In this document: piece after piece, positions 47,706 through 56,250 of the stretch
How positions within the stretch are numbered: the stretch's first letter is position 1
Layout: the number at the start of each line of letters is the position of its first letter
Assembly (NCBI GenBank): GCA_038882955.1
Contig: JAVZNC010000001.1
Span: forward strand, 288,001 to 352,000
From: Candidatus Bathyarchaeia archaeon
GTDB lineage: Archaea; Thermoproteota; Bathyarchaeia; Bathyarchaeales; Bathycorpusculaceae
Length of the DNA stretch: 64,000 nt
Direction: 5' to 3'
Program-made: the position numbers and the translations under genes
The notes under the pieces: model-generated
The model's database searches: none
Seen by the model: only the letters and a program-made list of their open reading frames with translations
What the model was told of the DNA's origin: nothing

Positions 47706-50552
47706 GTGCCAGTTGTTCCTGAGAGGAGCATTCATGTTGAGCTTTATCGTGTATTCAAGAATGTTATTGCTCAGAAGTTTTCTGTTAACGATATTGAGTT
47801 TGTTAATGTTAGTTTTGAGCCTACTATCGACGGGAGACCGGATTTGGTTATTGAAGCTATTGAAAAGGGTAGGAAAATATCCTTGTTGGTTATTGAGACT
47901 AAACGTAAGGTTCCTTTTGTTGACCCAAAGTTTGACCCGTATAGTAAGGATGTGATTAGACAGGCTTCTGGTTATGCTGTGGAGTTGGGTGCTCCTTATT
48001 TTGCTACGTGTAATGGGGATGTTCTTGTTTTGTTTGATACTTTTACTGCTGGTGTTCCCTTACCACAGAGGAGATTAAAGCATTATAAGGTTTCTTTCAA
48101 TGAGGAATTTGCTAGGACGATACTTGAAGAGGTTTGTCGTTTTAGAATTGGTATAGGTAAATGGCTTGAACTTGATGATGTTTTTCTGCAAAGACTTAGG
48201 ACATTTCACACGTTCATTACTCCTTTTATTTTGGAATCGTTGAATAGACAATTAAGAGAGAATTTAAAGTTTAAAGAGGAGTACGTAAGATGGCTTAAGT
48301 CGCAATTTTTTGAATACTCTCCAGAAATGAATGAAAGGATTGCTGAGCAACTTGCCTACATTCTCATGAACAGATTAACCTTCTACAAGACATTGGAAGC
48401 CCAGATTCCATCCTTGCCTAAGCTAACAAAAATTGAAACCGAAGACCCGAAAGAATTCTCGGAAAAGCTTAGGGGAATCTTTGACAAAGTCTGTAAAGAT
48501 GTAGATTATGAGGCTATTTTCGAACCGCACGCAATTCTTGACCAAATTCTCTTACCTAAGAATCTAATCTACACTTTGAACGATTTCATTGAGGAGCTCG
48601 GAACCTACGATTTATCCAAAATTAGAAGTGATGTTATTGGTAGAGTGTATGAAGAGCTTATTCCAGATGTGGAAAGGCATAGGCTTGGACAGTATTATAC
48701 TCCGCCACCAATAGTTGAGTTAATAACAGAAATGTGTATTAAATCATCTAACGATAAAGTTTTAGACCCGGCATGTGGAAGTGGAAGCTTCCTCGTTAAA
48801 GCTTACCATAAGCTAAAGGATTTGAAGAAAAAGGAAAATCCGTTTGCAGATGAGAATAGGCTACATGAAGAGATTCTCAACCAGTTATATGGTGTTGATA
48901 TAAACCCGTTTCCAGCACAACTCTCAAGCATAAACTTAGCGATCAGAAACCTCAGAGTCCCAAGTAGGCACATGAACATCATAGTAAGCGATTTCTTCAA
49001 AGTTAAACCCTCCATAGGCGTTATCCCAGAAATAGATGTCGTAGTCACTAATCCACCATATACAAGACAAGAAGAGATGGAATATAAAGATCAGATTAGA
49101 GAAGAAGCATTAACATACTCTGATGGTTCAAAGATTAACTTAAGTGCTCAAGCTGGAATCTATGCATATTTCTTTACTCACTCAGCAAAGTTTCTCAAGA
49201 ATGGAGGAAGAATGGGTTATATCACATCTAACACATGGCTTGATGTAGCATTTGGAGAGGGCTTGAAACAATTCTTCCTTGACCATTTCAAAATATTGGC
49301 AATAATAGAGCATGATGCTGGAGTATTTGAAAAGGCAAATGTTGATACTTGCATAGTAATTCTTGAAAAAGCTGAGGGGCAACACTATAAAAATCAAAGA
49401 GAATCTAATTCCGTTAGATTTGTGAGAATAAAGAAGCCTTTCGAAATAAGTAGACTGATTTCTCTTGTGGCGTCAGTAAATACAGATTATGAAGATGATG
49501 CAATTAGGATACACCTAAAAAAGCAAGGTGAACTTAGCTCTAAAGAAAAATGGGGAAAATACCTTAGAGCACCAACAGTATTCTATAAGATGATAGCAAA
49601 TCCAAAAATGAGTATTTTAAAAGAAATGGCTAAAGTCAAGCGAGGTTTCACAACTGGTGCGAATGAGTTCTTTTATCTGGATAATGAAAAGGCAGCACAT
49701 TGGGGAATTGAAAAGAGATATCTGCATCCAGTAATAACCTCTCCAAGATACTTAACGAAATGCATAATTGAAATCAAAGATATTGCTGAATATGTGCTTT
49801 TAGTTAATGAACCTAAAGAAAATTTAAAGAATACAAATGTCTTGAAATACATTGAACATGGAGAAACTTTAAGTTTTGAAATAAAAAGGGGAAAGCACAG
49901 AGGGCAAAAAGTTCAAGGCTATCAAAATGTTCCAATGATAAAAAGTAGAAAATTATGGTATGCCTTAGGTTCAAAAGACATAGCTCCATTACTTTTCCCT
50001 TGTAAGATTAGAAAGCGATGTTTCTTTGCTTGGAATAAAGCTAATGCATACGCTGACAAATCTTTCTATGAAATTTTTCCGATAAAGAAAGATATGGTTC
50101 CCGTCTTAGCTGGTTTGTTAAACTCAACTTTAACGATGCTCATGATAGAGTTACACGGAAGACTATATGGTAGAGGATTATTAGAGTTAGAGGTATATGA
50201 ATTGGAGAATCTTCCATTAATTGATATAACTAAGCTTACACAGATTCAAAAGGACAGAATTAAGGATGCATTCTTAAAAATCGTCGATGCTCAGAACAAA
50301 GGTGATGAGAAGTTGGAGCAAGAAGCAAGGAAAGAGCTTGATGATGCTGTGTTTGATGTTCTTGGATTAACTGAAGATGAGCGTAGGCAAGTGTATGAAG
50401 GTTTAGAGGCTCTTAGGAGAATGAGGCTTCAGAGGAAAGAGGTTGAAGTTTTGGTTGAAACTGCTGAGCAATGGAAACCAACCAAAAAACCTAAGAAAGA
50501 AAGGATAAAATCAGTTGAACCTTCTAAAAGACTTGATACATGGATAAAATAG
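47706..50552 (+). CDS. Type IIG-like restriction-modification fusion (PD-(D/E)xK nuclease, N6-adenine MTase, TRD)
   Basis: RPDLVI..VIETKR..QASGYA nuclease motif; GQYYTP, LDPACGSGSFL (motif I), NPPY (motif IV); lower GC than flanking genes. Confidence 0.88.
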   Translation: MPVVPERSIHVELYRVFKNVIAQKFSVNDIEFVNVSFEPTIDGRPDLVIEAIEKGRKISLLVIETKRKVPFVDPKFDPYSKDVIRQASGYAVELGAPYFATCNGDVLVLFDTFTAGVPLPQRRLKHYKVSFNEEFARTILEEVCRFRIGIGKWLELDDVFLQRLRTFHTFITPFILESLNRQLRENLKFKEEYVRWLKSQFFEYSPEMNERIAEQLAYILMNRLTFYKTLEAQIPSLPKLTKIETEDPKEFSEKLRGIFDKVCKDVDYEAIFEPHAILDQILLPKNLIYTLNDFIEELGTYDLSKIRSDVIGRVYEELIPDVERHRLGQYYTPPPIVELITEMCIKSSNDKVLDPACGSGSFLVKAYHKLKDLKKKENPFADENRLHEEILNQLYGVDINPFPAQLSSINLAIRNLRVPSRHMNIIVSDFFKVKPSIGVIPEIDVVVTNPPYTRQEEMEYKDQIREEALTYSDGSKINLSAQAGIYAYFFTHSAKFLKNGGRMGYITSNTWLDVAFGEGLKQFFLDHFKILAIIEHDAGVFEKANVDTCIVILEKAEGQHYKNQRESNSVRFVRIKKPFEISRLISLVASVNTDYEDDAIRIHLKKQGELSSKEKWGKYLRAPTVFYKMIANPKMSILKEMAKVKRGFTTGANEFFYLDNEKAAHWGIEKRYLHPVITSPRYLTKCIIEIKDIAEYVLLVNEPKENLKNTNVLKYIEHGETLSFEIKRGKHRGQKVQGYQNVPMIKSRKLWYALGSKDIAPLLFPCKIRKRCFFAWNKANAYADKSFYEIFPIKKDMVPVLAGLLNSTLTMLMIELHGRLYGRGLLELEVYELENLPLIDITKLTQIQKDRIKDAFLKIVDAQNKGDEKLEQEARKELDDAVFDVLGLTEDERRQVYEGLEALRRMRLQRKEVEVLVETAEQWKPTKKPKKERIKSVEPSKRLDTWIK

Positions 50553-50700
50553 CAACAAATTTTCTAGAGGGGGATAGTCAATTTAGCAAATTGGAAAGTC
50601 GTAAGATTGACACCGAACAACCACGAAGTTTGGTTGCTGTGCATGTAAACAAAGTACTTTTATATTCAATGACAGCCTTATATCACCTAAGTGCACAAAC

Positions 50701-50907
50701 GTGAACATAACCGTCACAGAAAACCAACTAAAACTCGTTCTACAAAAACTAGACTCCGTCAAACTGGAACTCTTAAGACTTAGAGCAATGCTCCTACCAG
50801 AAGAAGAACTAACCGAAAAAGAAAAGAAAGAACTAGAAGAAGCAAAGAAGGAAATCAAAGAAGGCGCAACAACAACCCTAGAAGAACTAACCAAAGAACT
50901 AGGCTGA
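50701..50907 (+). CDS. Putative antitoxin
   Basis: 68 aa with an acidic helix and TLEELTKELG end; directly upstream of a RelE-like sequence. Confidence 0.75.
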   Translation: MNITVTENQLKLVLQKLDSVKLELLRLRAMLLPEEELTEKEKKELEEAKKEIKEGATTTLEELTKELG

Positions 50908-50912
50908 AACAA

Positions 50913-51167
50913 TTGTTTCAAGTAATCTTATCCCAAAAAGCCAAAAAATCCATCAAAAAACTACCGAACACTACAAAAGAAGAATAATCGAACTGCTCCT
51001 AATTTTCCGCGAAAACCCGTTCCAGCAGAACACTACGACATCAAAAAAATAAAAGGATACAAAGACACATACAGAGACAGAATCGGAGACATCCGAATAA
51101 TATACGAAATCGTCTGGAACCAAGAATTCACATACTAGTAATCGCACCAAGAGAAAGAGCCTACTAA
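50913..51167 (+). pseudogene. RelE/ParE-family toxin, frameshifted
   Basis: Joining frames gives MFQVILSQKAKKSIKKL.EHYKRRIIELL..FREN.VPAEHYDIKKIKGYKDTYRDRIGDIRIIYEI...IHILVIAPRERAY; three frame breaks. Confidence 0.75.
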
Positions 51168-51504
51168 ACCATCCCAACAAAATTTCTAGAGGGGGTATTA
51201 ATTTTGCAGTTTAGAGCTTAAACAAAATTGACGTTTTACGAAAAATAGAGGGGGAAGGGGTAGGGAAAATAAACAGAAAACGCAAACCAAAATCTATAGA
51301 GGGGTAGGTCGCTATTGGCTATTTTCAAAGCCAAAAATACATGGAAACCGCTGCGAAAAATGGCACAAATTAAACTTTTGAGACCCTCTTTAAATTCTTC
51401 CAGAAACAAACTTTTACACACACAACAAAACCCTGGAGGTGAAAAACCAAAAACAACCATTAAAAGGCTTTTCAGCCCATTCACTTTTGGGCAGTACTTC
51501 GCTT

Positions 51505-51801
51505 CTAAAACATGCACTTCAACGCTTCTTCGCCGCTCATCCCAACCCTAACACCTAACGCCTCAGCCCCACTCGTAACCGCCTTCACGCTTGCACGCAA
51601 AACATCCTCAAAAGTTTTAACACCACTAACCATTGCAGCGGCAACGCCCAAACGCTCCGCCGCATCAACATTCAAAAACCCACACATAACAAAGCCTTTA
51701 TCCGCAACAACAACCAACAAAGGAGGCGAATTGGGCAAGTCAACACGCACGCCTAAACACGCTTTACCGCCGACGCGCACCAACTCAACCGAAACCGCCA
51801 T
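51505..51801 (-). CDS. DUF1805 (YunC-like) protein
   Basis: KGFVMCGFLNV..AERLGVAAAMVSGVKTFEDVL. Confidence 0.88.
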   Translation of the reverse strand: MAVSVELVRVGGKACLGVRVDLPNSPPLLVVVADKGFVMCGFLNVDAAERLGVAAAMVSGVKTFEDVLRASVKAVTSGAEALGVRVGMSGEEALKCMF

Positions 51802-51868
51802 AACACAAACACCACAACAAAACTTACATAACAAACACAAATAAAATTAACCCAAAACGGCGCAGAAA

Positions 51869-52492
51869 ATGCTAACAAAACTAAAACAAAAAACCCAAAA
51901 ACTACTCGAAAACCAAGCAAAAACCGCCACAAAAATAGGCCTAACACCAAACACCATAACCACAATCGGCATAACACTCGCAATCACATCCGCAATCGCC
52001 TACACACAATGGCAAACAAACAGCGCATACTTGCTCACAGCAGCACTCCTACTACTATTATCGGGCTACTGCGACGCCCTAGACGGCGCAACCGCCCGCC
52101 TAACACAAAAAACAACAAAATTCGGCAGCTACCTAGACTCACTACTAGACAGATACGCCGACGCCGCAACAATCACAGCAATAACAATAAGCGGACTATG
52201 CGAAACCCACTGGGGAACCGCAGCCCTAATCGGCGCATTACTCGTAAGCTACACACGCGCAAAAGCAGAATCACTCCAAATAAAAATGGAAACAATAGGA
52301 ATAGCAGAACGCCCAGAACGCCTAATCATACTAACAACAGCAACAATAATCGCATATTTCTGGCAACCCACCCAAACCCTAAACTACGCAACAATCGCAC
52401 TAGCAATACTAACACACACAACAGTAATACAACGCACAACACACACATACAAAAAACTAAAAGAAAAACCCGCTAAAAACCAAAACGCCTAA
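51869..52492 (+). CDS. pgsA: CDP-alcohol phosphatidyltransferase (archaetidylinositol-phosphate synthase-like)
   Basis: LTPNTIT, DALDGATAR...FGSYLDSLLDRYAD, SYTRAKAE, ERPER. Confidence 0.9.
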   Translation: MLTKLKQKTQKLLENQAKTATKIGLTPNTITTIGITLAITSAIAYTQWQTNSAYLLTAALLLLLSGYCDALDGATARLTQKTTKFGSYLDSLLDRYADAATITAITISGLCETHWGTAALIGALLVSYTRAKAESLQIKMETIGIAERPERLIILTTATIIAYFWQPTQTLNYATIALAILTHTTVIQRTTHTYKKLKEKPAKNQNA

Positions 52493-52779
52493 AAACGCCT
52501 ACCAGAACGCAAACGCCGCTCATCACGCGCCCTAACCTTCACAATACCCCTATGCACAGCACAAGAAATACAATAATACTTAGTATCAACCAAAGAAGAA
52601 ATATAAGCGCCCCTCTGCCTAAGCTCCTTAGCCAACTGCGGATCAACAATAGAACGCCTAACAGTAACCTTCTTAGCCTTATCACGCGGCACAAGCTGCC
52701 CACACATAGCACACTGAACAGGACCACTACTACCCTTATCACCCTTCGAACGCCCACGACTCTTACGCTTATAAGGCAT
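52489..52779 (-). CDS. rps26e: 30S ribosomal protein S26e
   Basis: MPYKRKSRGR, CAMCGQLVPRDKAKK, YCISCAVHRGIVKVR. Confidence 0.95.
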   Translation of the reverse strand: MPYKRKSRGRSKGDKGSSGPVQCAMCGQLVPRDKAKKVTVRRSIVDPQLAKELRQRGAYISSLVDTKYYCISCAVHRGIVKVRARDERRLRSGRRF

Positions 52780-52827
52780 ACGCCACAACCAACCCCTTTT
52801 CAACACACACCAATACAACAAACACAC

Positions 52828-53718
52828 TTATATATCATTCCTAAGCCCCAACAAACGCGCAATATTCGCACCAGCATCAACCCGCGGAACAATACGACCA
52901 ACAGAAGAAGTAAAAAGCGTAGTAACGCCAGGACCATGCCCAGAACTCACACAATTCGTATGCACAACAATACCAACAGAAACCGCACCCTTACGATAAA
53001 TACGCCCAAAAGAATGATCAGCATCCAAAATAGCCACTAAATCGCCAAGCCTCAAATCGTCAAGCCCAAACTCGCGTCTGACACTCTCATCAAAAAGCTG
53101 AATATCATAATCCCCAGAATAAGTCTGATTCGCACCCAAACCAGAACCCATAATCCCAGCAGGAACAACATGCGTAACAGGAACAACAAGCCTACCATCC
53201 TCAACCTTAGGATCAATAGCCCCCAAAAAACGCGGATCCAAATTCATAACCTTAACATCTGGAAAATCCAAAAGCTTCAAGCCAACGCCAAAGGCTTTAA
53301 CAAGAACCTTATCACCCAACATAAGCTTCTCAAGCGTCTCAGACGGAAAATCAACCAAAACATGCTCAATACCGCCGTGCTTGCCAGTCACAACACCCCT
53401 AGCGCCCTTCGCGTCGCCACTAACAACAACAGCCTCATTACCAACACAAGAAAGAACATTCAAAGCAGCATTCGCGCCCTGACCAAAACGCGGATCATTC
53501 TCCCTATTCTCAATACTCACACCAGGCTCAACATGATCAGCCTCCCAACCACAAGCAGGATCACCAACACGCACATTATAGGTTATTCCGCCAACCCCAG
53601 GCAAAACAACAGGCATACCTTCAGCAGAAATGTTATACACGCCTCTACCAAAAACTGGACTAACAACTTCTCCAAAAACGGAAATCTTAACAAGCCTATC
53701 AACATTCGTCCTCAACAT
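52828..53718 (-). CDS. DUF4438-family protein
   Basis: PGVGGITYNV, ADHVEPGVS, TGKHGG, GDYDI, GHGPGVT. Confidence 0.8.
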   Translation of the reverse strand: MLRTNVDRLVKISVFGEVVSPVFGRGVYNISAEGMPVVLPGVGGITYNVRVGDPACGWEADHVEPGVSIENRENDPRFGQGANAALNVLSCVGNEAVVVSGDAKGARGVVTGKHGGIEHVLVDFPSETLEKLMLGDKVLVKAFGVGLKLLDFPDVKVMNLDPRFLGAIDPKVEDGRLVVPVTHVVPAGIMGSGLGANQTYSGDYDIQLFDESVRREFGLDDLRLGDLVAILDADHSFGRIYRKGAVSVGIVVHTNCVSSGHGPGVTTLFTSSVGRIVPRVDAGANIARLLGLRNDI

Positions 53719-53885
53719 CACACATCCCACATATCAGCTATAAGCAATAGCCAATGACACTAATAAGATTTCTTCAAAAACAGCAAATGTAACTTCGTGA
53801 ACATGACAAGTTTTAAATGTTGGATTTCAGTTTTGAGTTCAGTGAAGCCGACAAAATATGAGAAAATGCGCGCAGTGGCGAGAAA

Positions 53886-54470
53886 ATGTCAGAAATCGGA
53901 TTAAGACCCACACGACTGCTGGTTAAAGACGTAATGAGCAGCCCAGTTATAACCATAGAAGAAAATGCACCAGTAAACAAAGTTGCGGAACTAATGGACA
54001 AACATGGACTAGGATGCATAATAGTTACAAGCAAAGATGGAAAACCGCTTGGAATAATAACTGAAAGAGACCTCGTTGAAAGAGTCCTAGCGAAAAATGC
54101 AAAGCCGGATTCCATGAAAGCCAGCGAAGTTATGACTTCGCCCCTAATTACCATAGAGCCGGATGCGACAATAAGCGAAGCTGCCAGAAGGATGAGTAGA
54201 CTGAACATCAGGAGGCTAGGAGTGATATACAAGGGACAGTTGATTGGGCTACTTTCAAGCAAGGATATTTTGTCAGTTATGCCCGAATTACTTGAAACCA
54301 TTCAGGAACACGCCATAATAGAAGGCGAGAATAGAGCCCAAGAGGCAACTGAAGAAGGCGCGCCACTTGCGGGATACTGTGACCGCTGCGGAGTTTGGTC
54401 AGATGCCTTAAAGGAGGTTAATGGAGAATTTTTATGTGAAGATTGTAGGGTTGAATTTGAAGAGGAATGA
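53886..54470 (+). CDS. CBS-pair protein with C-terminal zinc finger
   Basis: Two CBS domains, then GYCDRCG...LCEDC. Confidence 0.9.
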   Translation: MSEIGLRPTRLLVKDVMSSPVITIEENAPVNKVAELMDKHGLGCIIVTSKDGKPLGIITERDLVERVLAKNAKPDSMKASEVMTSPLITIEPDATISEAARRMSRLNIRRLGVIYKGQLIGLLSSKDILSVMPELLETIQEHAIIEGENRAQEATEEGAPLAGYCDRCGVWSDALKEVNGEFLCEDCRVEFEEE

Positions 54471-54485
54471 TGTAGAGGCGATTTT

Positions 54486-55271
54486 TTGCGTGTTAAAGAA
54501 ATAATGGATGCGAAACACCCGTTTATACATGCTGACGAGTTGGCGACAAAAGCCCGCGCGATTATAAGGCAGCATGGCTTGAGGATACTTCCAGTAACGG
54601 ATGAGAACAAGAAGCTTTTGGGCAAGGTTTCACGCCGTGACATTATGGCCATATCCTCTTCTGTTTCGCCAATTAGGGTTAGGGGCATTATGACCCAGCC
54701 TAAGTATGTGGCAACAGTGGAAGAAGAGGTTGTGCAGGCAATTAGGAACATGCTGCGCGTTGATGCTTGGCATGCGCCAGTTGTAGCCTCATCAACGGAT
54801 AAGGCGTACATGGGAGTTTTTGGTTTGGAAAGTTTTATCGAATTCTCGATTAGAACAAGTCCAGAGAAGTTTGCAAGGGAAGTTTCTGAAATAATGACTA
54901 GGGATGTTATGGCTTGTTCTCCAGATGATGAAATTGACAATATTTGGCGTTTGATGCTTGAGAAACGTCTTGCGGGTTTGCCTGTTATGAAGAATGGAAA
55001 GATCGTCGGAATAGTTACTCAAAAAGATCTTCTTGAAAGAGGAGCTACATTGCCAACTTTTGAGTCGATAAAGGGACGTCATAAGGCTTCTTCGAAAATT
55101 TCTGCGGTTATGAACACGAACGTTATAGCGGTTAAGCCTTCGGTGAAGGCTATTCGGATTGCCAAGGTGATGGTTTCGAAGGATATAGGAAGGGTTCCGG
55201 TGACAGATGAAAATGGTAAATTGGTAGGTATAGTTGACAGAGAGGACATTGTTAGGTTGCTTATAAAATGA
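54486..55271 (+). CDS. CBS-domain protein (4 CBS)
   Basis: Repeated CBS motifs (LPV..G.LVGIV). Confidence 0.9.
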   Translation: MRVKEIMDAKHPFIHADELATKARAIIRQHGLRILPVTDENKKLLGKVSRRDIMAISSSVSPIRVRGIMTQPKYVATVEEEVVQAIRNMLRVDAWHAPVVASSTDKAYMGVFGLESFIEFSIRTSPEKFAREVSEIMTRDVMACSPDDEIDNIWRLMLEKRLAGLPVMKNGKIVGIVTQKDLLERGATLPTFESIKGRHKASSKISAVMNTNVIAVKPSVKAIRIAKVMVSKDIGRVPVTDENGKLVGIVDREDIVRLLIK

Positions 55272-55278
55272 AGAAGGG

Positions 55279-56193
55279 ATGTTGTTGAGTCGTGAAACAT
55301 TTAGGAGAACGTTAAAGGAGAAAGGTAAACCATCATCGAAGAAGCCTCCATTTAGGAGACATGAAGGCGAAATACTGCATGTTGCAAAAAGCCCTGTTAT
55401 AACATGTGCGCCGACAACGCCAATTTATGATGCAATCCAGATAATGACGAAGGAAGGCTTTCGTAGAATACCAATAGCGAATCCTGGAACAAAGACTTTA
55501 GAGGGAATTATAACAGCTACGGACGTTATTGATTATCTTGGTGGTGGAAAGAAGTTCGAGATGATTGAAAGGAAATATGGTGGAAACATTTTCAAGGCTA
55601 TAAACGAGCCGGTGCGGTTGATAATGACAAAGGACGTTGTAGCTGTTAGTGCATCTTCGAAAATAAGTGATGCAATAAAACTGATGACGGAGGAGAACCT
55701 TGGAGGCTTGCCTGTTGTCGACCCACAGAACCGTGTACGTGCGATAATTACGGAAAGAGATGTTGTTAACATTTTTGCTGATAAAATAAGTGGTGCAAGA
55801 GTGGTTGAATTAATGTCAGGAAAGGTTGTTACAGCGCTACCTAAAACAACGATTTTTGAGGCAGAAAAGACTATGATAAATCAGGGTTTCAGGAGGTTGC
55901 CGATAGTATCTGACGGAAAGGTTGTTGGTATAATAACGGCAATGGATATTATACGCTTTTTTGGCTCGGGTAAGGTTTTTGAAAAGTTGCGGGCTGGCAC
56001 GATTATCCAAGTTTTGAATACGCCAGCGCTTGAAATAGCCACGAAGGAAGTCGCAACAATTGAACCTCAAGCAGATGCTGGGCAAGCGGCAAAGTTAATG
56101 CGAGACAGAAATGTGGGTGCAGTTCCAGTTGTTGAGGATGGGGAACTTGTTGGCATAATAACGGAGAGGGACTTTTTTAAGTTGATAGAGTAA
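55279..56193 (+). CDS. CBS-domain protein (4 CBS)
   Basis: GFRRIP, GIITATD, GIITERD. Confidence 0.9.
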   Translation: MLLSRETFRRTLKEKGKPSSKKPPFRRHEGEILHVAKSPVITCAPTTPIYDAIQIMTKEGFRRIPIANPGTKTLEGIITATDVIDYLGGGKKFEMIERKYGGNIFKAINEPVRLIMTKDVVAVSASSKISDAIKLMTEENLGGLPVVDPQNRVRAIITERDVVNIFADKISGARVVELMSGKVVTALPKTTIFEAEKTMINQGFRRLPIVSDGKVVGIITAMDIIRFFGSGKVFEKLRAGTIIQVLNTPALEIATKEVATIEPQADAGQAAKLMRDRNVGAVPVVEDGELVGIITERDFFKLIE

Positions 56194-56250
56194 ACTTTTA
56201 ACAGTTTATGCAATCATATTTACCGAGCATGGAATAGATGAGTGTAAAAT

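Larger units (their letters stand above)
50553..51208. repeat. Imperfect ~35-bp direct repeats with a G-string flanking the TA module (50553-50588, 51175-51208); degenerate copies to 51396
   Basis: CAACAAATTTTCTAGAGGGGG vs CAACAAAATTTCTAGAGGGGG (1 mismatch in 21), each followed by AATTTwGCA. Confidence 0.8.

Noticed and set aside
50553-51396. CRISPR array or integron attC array
   Set aside because: The repeats are few, degenerate and irregularly spaced, lack attC-like palindromic structure, and have no cas or integrase gene nearby.
51170-51500. Replication origin (oriC) call
   Set aside because: There is no adjacent orc1/cdc6, no clear ORB core, and the skew polarity is opposite to that normally expected at an origin. 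Kept only as an alternative in the repeat finding.
52009-53757. Long Asn/Thr/Arg/His-rich alternative ORFs (52009-52476, 52552-53040, 53170-53757)
   Set aside because: Shadow ORFs: T-depletion on the + strand removes stop codons, and they overlap well-supported genes.
53886-56193. Three tandem CBS-domain genes as a novel system
   Set aside because: Clusters of stand-alone CBS proteins are common in archaea, and nothing else marks this one as unusual.
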